A DNA stretch of 64,000 bases from Candidatus Saccharimonadota bacterium. Lineage in GTDB: Bacteria > Patescibacteriota > Saccharimonadia > QS-5-54-17. Every line of letters begins with the position of its first letter. Within the stretch, counting starts at the first letter, position 1. The stretch is from assembly GCA_050486185.1 (NCBI GenBank), contig JBJHCT010000001.1:178866-242865 (forward strand), in the 5' to 3' direction. Made by a program: the position numbers and the translations under genes. This document shows positions 9,608-19,474 of the stretch, piece after piece. Under the pieces are notes generated by a model, which was given only the letters and a program-made list of their open reading frames with translations, searched no databases and was not told the DNA's origin.

Positions 9608-10191
9608 ACTGCTTGCCTACCTTCTAGCGCTCTACTGAGGGTGATTTGATCGGCATATTCAAGGTCACTGCCCATCGGTAGACCCCTAGCCAGTCTAGTA
9701 ATCTTAACTTCTGGCAACATCTGGCGGATATAGTGGGCGGTTGCTTCTCCTTCTACACTAGGATTGGTAGCTAGAATCAACTCCTCTATATCACCTTCCT
9801 CTACTCTACTCTTCAAACTCTCTAAATTTAGATGTTCTGGACCGATGCCATCTACCGGTGAAATAATGCCGCCTATGACGTGGTAAACCCCCTCAAAGCT
9901 ACCGGCTCGCTCTATGGCTATGACGTCTAGGGCGTCTTCTACGATAGCGATGATGCCTTGATCTCTTTTGGGGTTCTCACAGATATTACAGGTATCCTCA
10001 CTAGTTAGGTTGTAGCAACTCTGACACTCTTGAATGTTGATGTGAAGATCACTTAGAACTTCTGATAGTCTCTTAGCTTCGCCTGCACCTTTTTTGAGTA
10101 TCGACATAGCTAACCTCTCGGCCGTCCTAGGGCCTACACCTGGTAGTTTATTTAACTCTACAACTAGATCTTCAAGGGCTTTAGGTAGCAT
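9604..10191 (-). CDS. recR: recombination protein RecR
   Basis: LPGVGPRTAERLA helix-hairpin-helix, C4 zinc finger CQSC...CNIC, Toprim region. Confidence 0.95.
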   Translation of the reverse strand: MLPKALEDLVVELNKLPGVGPRTAERLAMSILKKGAGEAKRLSEVLSDLHINIQECQSCYNLTSEDTCNICENPKRDQGIIAIVEDALDVIAIERAGSFEGVYHVIGGIISPVDGIGPEHLNLESLKSRVEEGDIEELILATNPSVEGEATAHYIRQMLPEVKITRLARGLPMGSDLEYADQITLSRALEGRQAV

Positions 10192-10202
10192 TAGCTATTT
10201 CT

Positions 10203-10478
10203 TTAAAATCCCAAGTTGCCTAAATCTGCACTAGCAGACTTCATCTTATCAGCAGCTACTTGTTGTGACTTATTGATCGCTTGAGTGATGGCTGATTCTA
10301 GCCATTTCTCTAGTTTAGCTATATCATCGGTTGCTTCAGGGTCAATAGTTACTTTTTTGACTTTTTGTTCACCGGTAATCTGTACTGTTACAGCGCCATC
10401 TCCAGCGCTAACTTCGACGACCTCTTTACTCAGTTCTTTTTGTAGTTTGCGTAACTGCATAAGTTGTTTGGGATTCAT
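10203..10478 (-). CDS. ybaB: YbaB/EbfC nucleoid-associated protein
   Basis: 91-aa protein in the conserved position upstream of recR. MQLRKLQKEL...VTVQITGEQKVKKVTIDPE pattern. Confidence 0.85.
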   Translation of the reverse strand: MNPKQLMQLRKLQKELSKEVVEVSAGDGAVTVQITGEQKVKKVTIDPEATDDIAKLEKWLESAITQAINKSQQVAADKMKSASADLGNLGF

Positions 10479-10547
10479 ATATTTACCTCTTAATTTAATC
10501 TTTCACTACATTATATCAAGCCTGGAGCTTCTAGGCTAAGTACGCTT

Positions 10548-12119
10548 CTATTCAGTTATGACGTAAAACAGTACTTTGCTTACTATGAGCTCCGAGAATC
10601 GCTTCTCTGCCTGGGCGGTATCTATCTCTAGCTTATCAGCTAAAACTAAAGACTCCTCATTCGCAGCTAATAGGATAGTTGCTTGATCTGATATATCTAT
10701 ACCATCTTCATAGTAGCTAACGTCAATATCACTGCGTTCAAACAGTAGATATTGAATCGGCAGCAGGCTTTGTTCATCAGCTATTACTAAATATTGCTGA
10801 CCTGCTTCTTCCTCTGGCTTTTCCTCTAATATATACTGAGCCATTTCATAGCTATGTTCATAACTAGCTTCGATTGCCTCTTTAGAGTTAGCCCAAGCTA
10901 CGAAGTAGAGGTTGTAGTTGTAAAAGGCGCTGAAACCTACCGATAGTACGATGATAGTAGCACCGATATGCCAAGCTACTACGTTGAATGGGAATACGCC
11001 GCGCCAACGCATTAGTAGTTCACTTAAACCAACTGCTGCTAATAGGTAGATAATCGGCATGGCTGGAGCTAACATTGTAGCGCTAGGAGCTAGCCCTGGC
11101 TCTAAAGTGACCGCTACTATTACAGTGATAGTTAGCAGGATGATTAAACTAGCGTAACGTAAGTTGCGCCATTTCGTAAAAGCTAGAATCAATCCCAGTA
11201 TGAAGAGAATACCGGTAAATGCATTTAAGTGAGCTGTTGTGGGTAGGTTAAACATATATGATGGATCGCCATTAATATGTAACATCATTAGCGTGCTCAA
11301 AAGAGCAGAGAACATATCAGTAAATCCAGTTAAACTAGCGTTAATGCCGCTACTAACTAGTGAGTAGATTGCCAGCGGTAGAGCCATAGCCATAGCTCCT
11401 AACAAAATGATAGCTAGCGGTTTATATACTCGTTTCAATCTATCTTTATGTACAAACCAGCTATAGGTTAATATAGCTAGAACAGATAACGGAATTATCC
11501 ATGTTAATGGATAGATATATAGACCTAGACCCGCTACTAGGCCGGTAGCTGTGTAATGTCTTGCCTTGTTGGTCTTAACCGCTATAGCTAGTAGCCACAT
11601 AGCTGTTGGTAGTATCAACATAGCTAGTGAAAAATCCATTCCCAGTCTGCTGATTTGAGCGGCCCAAGCCGAAGCTGCCATAAAGAATATAGCGATTAAG
11701 CCGGCTCTTTTGGAAAACCAGCTTTTAGCAGCTAGGTAGGTCATCACTACTACTACTATCGATAGTAGGGCCGGTATGATTCTCAGCATTAAGGCACTGG
11801 TGTTAGAAAATAGAGCCAACAGACTCTGTAGATAGATGAAGACTACTGAAGAACCCAATGCTCCTACCTCAGGAGCCATGAGGTTGCCAGACGCTATCTC
11901 TTTAGCTAGTAGCCCTATCTGGGCCTCTGCAGGGTAGATACCGACCGGCAATTGAGCTGATGGTGGCAATATTCCCCAGAGCCTAAATAGAGCAGCTACC
12001 ATCAAAGAGATAATTAGAATCGTCCACTCTCTATGATCTATCGCCCAATCCATGCCGGTTTCAACTAACCCTTGGGCTTTTTTAGCCAGGGTGGATAGTT
12101 GGTCAAACAATGTATTCAT
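10548..12119 (-). CDS. polytopic membrane glycosyltransferase (GT39/ArnT-like)
   Basis: 523 aa with about 10 or more predicted TM helices and a soluble C-terminal domain. The family call rests on architecture only. Confidence 0.45.
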   Translation of the reverse strand: MNTLFDQLSTLAKKAQGLVETGMDWAIDHREWTILIISLMVAALFRLWGILPPSAQLPVGIYPAEAQIGLLAKEIASGNLMAPEVGALGSSVVFIYLQSLLALFSNTSALMLRIIPALLSIVVVVMTYLAAKSWFSKRAGLIAIFFMAASAWAAQISRLGMDFSLAMLILPTAMWLLAIAVKTNKARHYTATGLVAGLGLYIYPLTWIIPLSVLAILTYSWFVHKDRLKRVYKPLAIILLGAMAMALPLAIYSLVSSGINASLTGFTDMFSALLSTLMMLHINGDPSYMFNLPTTAHLNAFTGILFILGLILAFTKWRNLRYASLIILLTITVIVAVTLEPGLAPSATMLAPAMPIIYLLAAVGLSELLMRWRGVFPFNVVAWHIGATIIVLSVGFSAFYNYNLYFVAWANSKEAIEASYEHSYEMAQYILEEKPEEEAGQQYLVIADEQSLLPIQYLLFERSDIDVSYYEDGIDISDQATILLAANEESLVLADKLEIDTAQAEKRFSELIVSKVLFYVITE

Positions 12120-12143
12120 TGGTATCTAGACTCTCCTTTTGAC

Positions 12144-13475
12144 CTATTGTCTTTGTTTTTCTAAATCTCTAAATTGGGTCTTCTCGGCATGGAAGTATAG
12201 TTCAGCCTGCCCAATAGGTCCATTACGGTGCTTTTTGATAAATAGATCGGTAATGCCCTGTCTATCGGTATCGGGATTGTAGTAATCTTCACGGTAAAGG
12301 AACATCACTACATCGGCATCTTGCTCAATACTTCCAGATTCACGCAAATCTGCTAGTTGTGGTATCTGTGGACTTCTAGACTCTACACTTCTAGATAGCT
12401 GTGACAAAGCTAGTACCGGTACATTTAGCTCTCTAGCTAGACCTTTAAGGCCTCTAGATATCTCAGAGACTTCCTGGACACGGTTTTCACCGTAATTACC
12501 TCTACCGCTCATGAGCTGCAAGTAGTCAACGATAATGAGGCCTAGGCCGTGCTGGCTCTGTATGCGTCTAGCTTTAGTGCGCATATCCATAACATTAGCC
12601 ATAGGGGTGTCATCTATAAATATAGGGGCTTCAGATAATACACCCATAGCATCACCGATCTTGGCAAAGTCTTTATCATCTAAGTTACCGGTTCTAAGTT
12701 TCCATGAATCTACACTAGCCTCGGCGCTAAGCAGCCTATCGACTAACTGTTCCTGACTCATCTCTAGAGAGAATAGACCGACCGGTATACCCTCCTCTAT
12801 AGCTACGTGGTGAGCAATATTAAGCGCAAATGATGATTTACCCATAGCCGGCCTAGCAGCTAGGATTAAAAGATCGGAGTTTTGTAAACCTGCTAGAACT
12901 TTGTCGATACTACGAAAGCCGGTAGGTACACCCCGCAATTTGCCTTTATCTTTACTTAGCTCCTCTATTCTATCGAAGCTTTCATTTAAAACATCCCCTA
13001 TTGAACGAAAGGCCTGACGGTTCTTATTCTCTGAAACACCATATAGTAGCTGTTCAGCCTGATCGATCAGCTCGGCCGTATCTTGGCTGTCGCTATATCC
13101 TAGAGTAGTAATTTCTTGAGCTGCACCTATTAGTCTGCGCAGGGTAGCTTTTTTAGCTACTATCTCAGCATATTCTTGTACGTGAGCAGCGCTAGGTACG
13201 GAGTTAGCGAGATCAGTTACGTAACTAGCTCCACCGACTTTTTCGATCAATCCACTGCTCTCTAGTTTTTCGGTAACTGTTAATATATCGATCGGTCTGC
13301 GCTGTTCATACAGCTGCAAAATACTAGAGAATATCTGGCTATGCCGATTTTCATAGAAGTCATTAGTACTAACCATATCGGCTATCTTAATCATAGCTTC
13401 TTGGTCGATTAGAACACTGCCTATTAGGCTAGCCTCGGCTTCAATATTTTGTGGAGGAATCTTATCGGCCACCAT
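12144..13475 (-). CDS. dnaB: replicative DNA helicase DnaB
   Basis: PPQNIEAEASLIGSVL N-terminus, Walker A ARPAMGKSSF, DYLQLM motif. Confidence 0.95.
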   Translation of the reverse strand: MVADKIPPQNIEAEASLIGSVLIDQEAMIKIADMVSTNDFYENRHSQIFSSILQLYEQRRPIDILTVTEKLESSGLIEKVGGASYVTDLANSVPSAAHVQEYAEIVAKKATLRRLIGAAQEITTLGYSDSQDTAELIDQAEQLLYGVSENKNRQAFRSIGDVLNESFDRIEELSKDKGKLRGVPTGFRSIDKVLAGLQNSDLLILAARPAMGKSSFALNIAHHVAIEEGIPVGLFSLEMSQEQLVDRLLSAEASVDSWKLRTGNLDDKDFAKIGDAMGVLSEAPIFIDDTPMANVMDMRTKARRIQSQHGLGLIIVDYLQLMSGRGNYGENRVQEVSEISRGLKGLARELNVPVLALSQLSRSVESRSPQIPQLADLRESGSIEQDADVVMFLYREDYYNPDTDRQGITDLFIKKHRNGPIGQAELYFHAEKTQFRDLEKQRQ

Positions 13476-13518
13476 GCACCTCTTTAATAGTTATTGCCCT
13501 TTAGGGTCGTATTTAACA

Positions 13519-15042
13519 TCATACCGCCTCACCCCCCAATATACTAGTGACTTGAGATATGGCATCTAAATCCTCATCATTACTACCTTCTTGGCTAGTT
13601 TCTGGTTCTACATTGGCTTTACGACTAGCAGATCGTTTGCTCATAACTATATTGAGCTTGATATCGCTACCGGTCGCTTGGTTAAGGGCATCACTGATTA
13701 ATCCATAGTTTTTGGGTTCATTGAGTCTACGGTAGTGAAACTGAAAACCGACTTTGATATTGCAATCTTTATCACCTAAATCAACATCAGTATTAGCTAG
13801 TAGAGAATACAGGGACTGTTGTTTGACTTTAATAATACTTAAAGCTTTGATCCAGGCTTGATTATCAAGCGATTTATTCTCTCGCACCTCTTTAGCAGAT
13901 ACTGGACTTATATCGGTATCTACTGCCTGCTTTTTGGTTTCGGTGTTTTTAACAGTATTTTGGGTTTTAGGACTTGGGTCAGGCTTCTTATCCTTCTTTA
14001 CATCTTCTTTTGAGGCTAAATCTGGCTTTGCATCACTTCTTTCGCTTGAGTTTGAGGTATTAGTAGGGTTACTACTAGTTTCAGTAGCTGCTTTGAGTAA
14101 TAACACTTCTAGGGCAAATTCAGCATGTACTAGATTACTGGGCAGTCTTGAGAGGCTATCTAATAGATTAGAAACTATATCTATCGGTTGGTTATTCTCT
14201 AACCTATTTCTAATTTGTGATCTTAAACTAATTAGTAGTTGTTTGACCAAGACTTGTGGTGATATACCACCACTAATTATCTGATCATATATCTTAATAA
14301 CTTCTTGCCTATCACTAGACTCAACAGCTTCAATCAGTTTGTTGATGTCTTGGCTTTTAGCCAGCCCAACTACAGACTCTACTTCTTTGATTCCTATCTT
14401 TTTAGCTGGTGAAGAGCCGATCTGATCTAGCAAGCTGATACTATCTCTCATGCTACCCTCACCTAGTTCGGTGATGAGCTCAATAGCTGTATCATCTATC
14501 TTGATCTTTTCTAAATCGGCGATTTTGCGTAAGTGAGCTGCTACATCCTGTTTTGAGATAGGTTGGAATGGGAAGTGTTGAGTTCTAGAGATAATGGTGG
14601 CTGGTAACTTATGTGGTTCAGTAGTAGCTAATACGAAGATTACGTGAGATGGTGGCTCTTCTAGGGTTTTAAGTAGAGCATTAAAGGCTGCTGTTGATAG
14701 CATATGGACTTCGTCTATGATGTAGACTTTGTATTTAGTGTAGTTCGGAGCTATATGGACTTTTTCTCTTAACTCACGTATCTCTTCTACTCCATTGTTG
14801 CTAGCTGCATCGATCTCGATTATATCCGGATGATCGATTGCCTCCTCTAGCTCATTGACTCTTCTTGCTAAGATTCTAGCTGCGCTGGTCTTACCCACAC
14901 CTCTAGGGCCGGTGAAAAGGTAAGCATGAGAGATTATCTGATTCTTAACAGCATTCTCTAAAGCTTTTGATACGTAGTCCTGGCCGACTAACTCGGAAAA
15001 ATCCTGACTACGATAGTGACGATATAGAGCTAGTTTGCCCAA
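13519..15042 (-). CDS. dnaX: DNA polymerase III subunit gamma/tau
   Basis: GPRGVGKTS Walker A, IIDEVHMLS and SRTQHF motifs. The start appears to be TTG. Confidence 0.9.
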   Translation of the reverse strand: MGKLALYRHYRSQDFSELVGQDYVSKALENAVKNQIISHAYLFTGPRGVGKTSAARILARRVNELEEAIDHPDIIEIDAASNNGVEEIRELREKVHIAPNYTKYKVYIIDEVHMLSTAAFNALLKTLEEPPSHVIFVLATTEPHKLPATIISRTQHFPFQPISKQDVAAHLRKIADLEKIKIDDTAIELITELGEGSMRDSISLLDQIGSSPAKKIGIKEVESVVGLAKSQDINKLIEAVESSDRQEVIKIYDQIISGGISPQVLVKQLLISLRSQIRNRLENNQPIDIVSNLLDSLSRLPSNLVHAEFALEVLLLKAATETSSNPTNTSNSSERSDAKPDLASKEDVKKDKKPDPSPKTQNTVKNTETKKQAVDTDISPVSAKEVRENKSLDNQAWIKALSIIKVKQQSLYSLLANTDVDLGDKDCNIKVGFQFHYRRLNEPKNYGLISDALNQATGSDIKLNIVMSKRSASRKANVEPETSQEGSNDEDLDAISQVTSILGGEAV

Positions 15043-15136
15043 AGTAATTCATCTCCTCTAACAACTTTTATAACTTTAAGTATGACGCAAACAGCCAATA
15101 AATTCCAGGTAAGCCTGGGGCTGAAATTGTATTGGT

Positions 15137-15727
15137 CTAGCTAGTGATAGCTGCTTCTATAGCTGCCCACTCGGCCGTTTCATCCTCTGGGACTACTGCA
15201 GTAACCTGATCGCCAACTTGAGCTTTGAAATACGTTACGCTAGCTAGCAATACTCTATATTCGATATCATCAACTTTGACGTAGTATTGACCATTACGCT
15301 GCTCAACAGTACCGATGACTTTCTTGCGTGGCACAGGGCCGATCTGTTTGTAGATGAAAGTGCCATCATCAGCGATAGTTAGTTTCAAAATATCACCTTG
15401 AACTAGCTTGGATTTAGAGGCATAGTTGGCCGGCACTGGGTAGGTTTTACCATCTGGGCCAATCATGTTTTGACCATCGAATACACCTTCGATGACTTTA
15501 CCGATATCTTCACTAGAAACATGACGTGAGCTACTCTCTTCATCACCCACTAAACTAATGAGCAACTCTTTAGCTGCGGCTACACTTGTCTCTGCTTCGT
15601 CAAGTAGCGCTCGTAAGCGTTTTATTTGTTTGTCTGCTATGTCTGCCATTTTTGTGTCCTTTAAAAACGTAGAATAAAGCTCCCTAGCTTCATCTCTATC
15701 AACAACTATACTAGTAATAGTATACAA
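15137..15727 (-). CDS. hypothetical protein
   Basis: 196-aa ORF with no recognisable motif. An internal start at MADIADK is possible. Confidence 0.4.
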   Translation of the reverse strand: MYTITSIVVDRDEARELYSTFLKDTKMADIADKQIKRLRALLDEAETSVAAAKELLISLVGDEESSSRHVSSEDIGKVIEGVFDGQNMIGPDGKTYPVPANYASKSKLVQGDILKLTIADDGTFIYKQIGPVPRKKVIGTVEQRNGQYYVKVDDIEYRVLLASVTYFKAQVGDQVTAVVPEDETAEWAAIEAAITS

Positions 15728-15827
15728 AAGTCAAAAAATTTATTCAATATGTTGACTCTGGTTAGTTTTGTTGTACTTATATTTTTTTATACCAAGCTTA
15801 ATTAGTTTCTTTGATAAACTCCATAAC

Positions 15828-16424
15828 TCATCGTGTCACCACTCTCCATCCAAAAACTCGCGTATTACCAGATGGATTATACAGTTCCAGTTTCATGCTC
15901 GATGCAGCCTTAGCTGCAAACAAAGCACTTAGGCCAAATGAGTCACCATTGGCGGCTGTACCATCAGACACTCGACCCAGCGATGAAGTAGTTCGATTTA
16001 TTGCCACTGTGTCATCAATCGTTAGGCGTACGCCTACACCAAAGCCCTGGATCGATCCACCAATCAGCTCAACTGGCACGGCAATATCAAAGATTGTGTG
16101 ATATGAGCTTGCTGATACTGACTGAGAAGTACCTTCGTGAAAGGTTAGCTCTCCTGCGTCTGCGGCTGTGATTGGTAGTACTACAGACTCCCCAATCTGC
16201 CCCTCAACCCATTGCTTATTAGCAACATCAGTGTCATTGACTGGATCTGCTACTTGCAATCTACCCCATTCATCATAGGCTGCTAGCCTACTACCTCCTG
16301 CTGTTGTTCCATCATGTACTCTAAGAGTTTTATTAGTAGTATCTACTGTAACTTCTCTAGCTGCTCCAGTGAAGCTATCGTTATCTGTATTACTACCACC
16401 TCTTAGTTGTACTTGGTCGGGCAT
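15828..16424 (-). CDS. tail-fibre-like protein, Mtd-N-like conserved N-terminal module + unique C-terminal domain (paralog P1)
   Basis: MPDQVQLRGGSNTDNDSFTGAAREVTVDTTNKTLRVHDGTTAGG...DPVNDTDVANKQWVEG is shared with four other ORFs in the window. Confidence 0.8.
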   Translation of the reverse strand: MPDQVQLRGGSNTDNDSFTGAAREVTVDTTNKTLRVHDGTTAGGSRLAAYDEWGRLQVADPVNDTDVANKQWVEGQIGESVVLPITAADAGELTFHEGTSQSVSASSYHTIFDIAVPVELIGGSIQGFGVGVRLTIDDTVAINRTTSSLGRVSDGTAANGDSFGLSALFAAKAASSMKLELYNPSGNTRVFGWRVVTR

Positions 16425-16493
16425 AATCTACCTTTTTATATATAACCCTTATACTAAACCAAATACTCTGGAGTAGTCAATTTTAAGATCAAA

Positions 16494-16527
16494 TAAAAAA
16501 ACCACTACCCTTTTAAAAGTAGTGGTT
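16494..16527 (-). terminator. rho-independent terminator after rplL
   Basis: Minus strand reads accactac-loop-gtagtggt followed by TTTTTTTATTT. Confidence 0.6.
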
Positions 16528-16561
16528 AATTACCCCCTAACCCTAAAGAAGTTTTTTAGCC

Positions 16562-17020
16562 CTAGGCTAGCTCTACGCTAGCACCAGCTTCTTCTAGCTT
16601 AGCTTTGGCTTCTTCAGCTTCTTCCTTAGGCGCGTTTTCTTTAACTGCCTTTGGAGCGCCATCAACTATAGCTTTACTTTCAGCTAGGCCTAGTCCGGTA
16701 ATTTCACGAACTGCCTTGATGACGTTGATCTTGCTAGCACCAGCGTCAGTTAGAGTGATAGTAAACTCACTCTTTTCTTCTGCTGCGCCACCTTCAGCGT
16801 CTCCACCAGCTGCTGGAGCAGCGGCAACTGCCATAGGAGCAGCTGCTGATACACCGAAGTGCTCTTCTAGAATCTTAACTAGTTCGCTTAGATCTAGAGC
16901 GCTCAAGCTTTCTATATCTTTAACTATACTAGCAAACTTTTTAGGTATCTCTACCTTAGTTTCTTCTTTAGTCTCTTTAACTTCCTTAGTATCTTTAGTT
17001 TCTTTCTTATCTTCTGCCAT
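16562..17020 (-). CDS. rplL: 50S ribosomal protein L7/L12 with K/E/T-rich N-terminal extension
   Basis: C-terminal [28 protein letters not shown]...[17 protein letters not shown]. Confidence 0.95.
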   Translation of the reverse strand: MAEDKKETKDTKEVKETKEETKVEIPKKFASIVKDIESLSALDLSELVKILEEHFGVSAAAPMAVAAAPAAGGDAEGGAAEEKSEFTITLTDAGASKINVIKAVREITGLGLAESKAIVDGAPKAVKENAPKEEAEEAKAKLEEAGASVELA

Positions 17021-17048
17021 TTTAATCTCCTTATTTCTTAGTATTAAA

Positions 17049-17573
17049 TTAACTTTTAGCTTGGGCCGCTTTATCTAGTACTGTAACTAGACCTCGCAAG
17101 TTGCCCGATAGTACACCAACAAAGCCAGATAGTGGCGCGGCGATAGTGCCAACAAGCTGAGCTTGCAACACTTCTTTGGCCGGTAGATCAGCTAGTCGCT
17201 TGATCTCCTCAGCCGATAGTACTGTTCCTTGATCATCTATAGCCATGATCGGCTTTAGACTCTCATGTTTCTTGGCGTGTTCTGAGATAGTTTTAGCTAC
17301 TGCAACTGGATCGTTGTAGCCAAAAGCCATAACTACTGGGCCCTCTAGCTCGGATAGGTCCACATCTTTATGGGTTTCAGATACGGCAATCTTCAACATA
17401 GCGTTTTTAACTACTCTGAAGTTACCGCCTTGTTCCTTGATGGCCTTTCGAAGATTCTGAGAATCTTCTACAGATAGGCCGGTGTAGCTAGATAGAACAC
17501 TTAGACTGCTTTTGCTAAGCTCATCTTTGATATCGGCTACTTGAGCCTCTTTTGCTTGTCTGGATATAGCCAT
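17049..17573 (-). CDS. rplJ: 50S ribosomal protein L10
   Basis: Lies immediately upstream of rplL. Typical L10 N-terminus ([18 protein letters not shown]). Confidence 0.9.
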   Translation of the reverse strand: MAISRQAKEAQVADIKDELSKSSLSVLSSYTGLSVEDSQNLRKAIKEQGGNFRVVKNAMLKIAVSETHKDVDLSELEGPVVMAFGYNDPVAVAKTISEHAKKHESLKPIMAIDDQGTVLSAEEIKRLADLPAKEVLQAQLVGTIAAPLSGFVGVLSGNLRGLVTVLDKAAQAKS

Positions 17574-17868
17574 AAACTATATTCTCCCTATATATTTAGT
17601 TGATTTTTTAAGTGAGCATAAAAAAAGTCTTTGGATTATCGACCAAAAACCAAAGACCTATCTTTTATCCTTTTTTAGATAGTTACAAAAATATCTATTA
17701 CTAGACCTTTTTTGGTAACTTTCACCTAGGTAGTCTGATTTATTAAGTTCTTTGTTACAAGAACGGCTACGGTCTTTGGCTCACTAGGGATTAATATACA
17801 CTTTAAATAGGCTATTTGTCAAAAAATCCTTCCTAAAAGTTGGCAACAATTGTATACTTCTTCGAGTT

Positions 17869-18513
17869 ATGAGTATAGATGACCAACAATCAGACAACAC
17901 CTTAAGTAGCGATATCGACGCTAAAATTGCCAAGGATATGACTAAGGTAGACTATGAGCAGAAGATCGCTGAGCTAGAGGCGAAAATAGAAGAGCTAGAG
18001 GGTCGAGTAGTGACCGACTTTCTAACCGGTATCTATAATCGGCGCGGCTTAGAGGCATTGATGAACCGTGAATGGAACAGAATTAAAAGACTAGATAGCC
18101 CTAAAAGCCAAATCTTTTCTATAATCTGTATCGATAAGGACAATTTTAAAAGTATTAACGACAAATACGGCCACCTAAGTGGTGATATAGCCCTAAAGTC
18201 CATCGCCGAGCTATTAGAATCGTCCGTGCGAGAAAGTGATATCGTGGCTAGGTTTGGTGGCGATGAGTTTGTAGTAGTGCTACTTTCAACCGATACTGAA
18301 GAAGCTAAGCGGATAGCCGATGAGCTTGTTGATGTAGTAGCTAAGAACAAGATCACTAGTATTGATGGTAGGGACTTCTACTGCAAGATGTCTGCTGGTG
18401 TAAGCACCTATAAAGACCATCAAGATTGGCGCGAAGTCCTACATGAAGCCGACCAGGCGCTACTACAAGTCAAGGCTAAAGATAAAGGCAGAGCCCTTGC
18501 TTACGAGGTTTAA
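17869..18513 (+). CDS. GGDEF-domain diguanylate cyclase with N-terminal coiled coil
   Basis: RFGGDEF active-site motif with upstream DFLTGIYNRRGL. Confidence 0.85.
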   Translation: MSIDDQQSDNTLSSDIDAKIAKDMTKVDYEQKIAELEAKIEELEGRVVTDFLTGIYNRRGLEALMNREWNRIKRLDSPKSQIFSIICIDKDNFKSINDKYGHLSGDIALKSIAELLESSVRESDIVARFGGDEFVVVLLSTDTEEAKRIADELVDVVAKNKITSIDGRDFYCKMSAGVSTYKDHQDWREVLHEADQALLQVKAKDKGRALAYEV

Positions 18514-18707
18514 ATATCCTCTTGTATTAACTGCTTCCAGGTTTTGTAGTTGACAAGAGCCACTTATATCGAGTAATTTAGTTGGTATGTCAGTGCAACC
18601 AATCAATAGAATCATGTTTAGCAGTTCTCCGCTTAGCGGTCTGGTGCTAATTGTGGGTGATATTAGATAGGTTGAAGCCTCTGGCATAAAAAAGTTAAAG
18701 AAATAAC

Positions 18708-18745
18708 AATCCCGGGACTTCAACCAAGAAGCCTCGGGATTTTTA
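18708..18745 (+). terminator. putative rho-independent terminator
   Basis: aatcccgggacttc / gaagcctcgggatt stem (one G-U pair, one mismatch) followed by TTTTT. Confidence 0.45.
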
Positions 18746-18882
18746 ATTTAAAGTGTTTTGATGAAAGCTTTTATCGATAACGATAATAAAAGTTTTCATG
18801 GAATCGCTTCAAAGATTCCAATATTCTTGAGGGGCAACCTTCAGGATGTACATCAACAAAGCGGGAGAAAGGCAGATGAGGG

Positions 18883-19293
18883 ATGGATGCTATCGCGCAA
18901 CAAGAAGTGACTACTGACCCTTGGAGGTATCCGATGTTCGATCCCAAGTACGACAACAGCAACACTCAGCGTCGCCATATGTTGGCGGTCGGCCGAATTC
19001 CTAGACTGATTGGCGATCTAAAGAAAGGCAAAAGAACTCTCGACGAGAAGTTCGTGCGCCTTCTCTACTCGGAGTATCGGGCCTACTGGCGAAGTCGCCA
19101 TCCTTTCCACATGCGGCTGCAGCACTGTCAGATGAAGGAGACCGGTGCCTTCTATGGCTGGTCTCTTGGCAAAATTTTGGAGTACCTCAGCACTCCAGAT
19201 GACACCACCAAGGAGGGTGCTTGCGAGGCTGTATGCATCCTCAGAAATTCCGTCAAGGCTAATGTGGTTGATGACTTACTGGCTCTTAGCTAG
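18883..19293 (+). CDS. hypothetical protein in a locally GC-elevated segment
   Basis: 136-aa ORF with no recognisable motif. Composition looks richer in G+C than the flanks. Confidence 0.35.
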   Translation: MDAIAQQEVTTDPWRYPMFDPKYDNSNTQRRHMLAVGRIPRLIGDLKKGKRTLDEKFVRLLYSEYRAYWRSRHPFHMRLQHCQMKETGAFYGWSLGKILEYLSTPDDTTKEGACEAVCILRNSVKANVVDDLLALS

Positions 19294-19394
19294 AGCCTCA
19301 GACACCACTACTCCCCGGGATTGAGGCTGCAAAGGATGTACTTATCTAGTGAGTAACCCTTACTAGCTTTGGACATCGTGCCTCTTTCCCGACT

Positions 19395-19453
19395 GGGGCG
19401 GCGAGTCATAGTCATGTGGATGATAGATCCATCCTAGGCTGACTCGCCGCCCC
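19395..19453. repeat. perfect 14-bp GC-rich inverted repeat (hairpin) with 31-nt loop
   Basis: ggggcggcgagtca (19395-19408) and tgactcgccgcccc (19440-19453). The loop contains a nested tggat...atcca pairing. It lies between convergent genes. Confidence 0.7.
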
Positions 19454-19474
19454 TAACCAAACACTTCTCCCGCT

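Noticed and set aside
16605-17078. 157-aa plus-strand ORF antisense to rplL, and many similar 60-130-aa antisense ORFs inside ribosomal, tuf, fusA, secY, dnaX and transporter genes
   Set aside because: They are shadow ORFs opposite strongly supported conserved genes. Their sequences are serine/leucine-rich low-information translations.
17574-17868. Ribosomal protein L10 leader upstream of rplJ
   Set aside because: The position is right and the region is long (about 295 nt, shared with the divergent GGDEF promoter). I could not identify the conserved L10-leader structure by eye, so it is not called.
18550-18745. c-di-GMP (GEMM-I) riboswitch next to the GGDEF gene
   Set aside because: Only loose resemblance: cagtgcaacc versus cagggcaaacc, and gaagcctctggc versus gcaaagcctccggc. 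The two elements are about 85 nt apart, too far for the compact GEMM-I fold as I remember it. An Infernal scan is needed.
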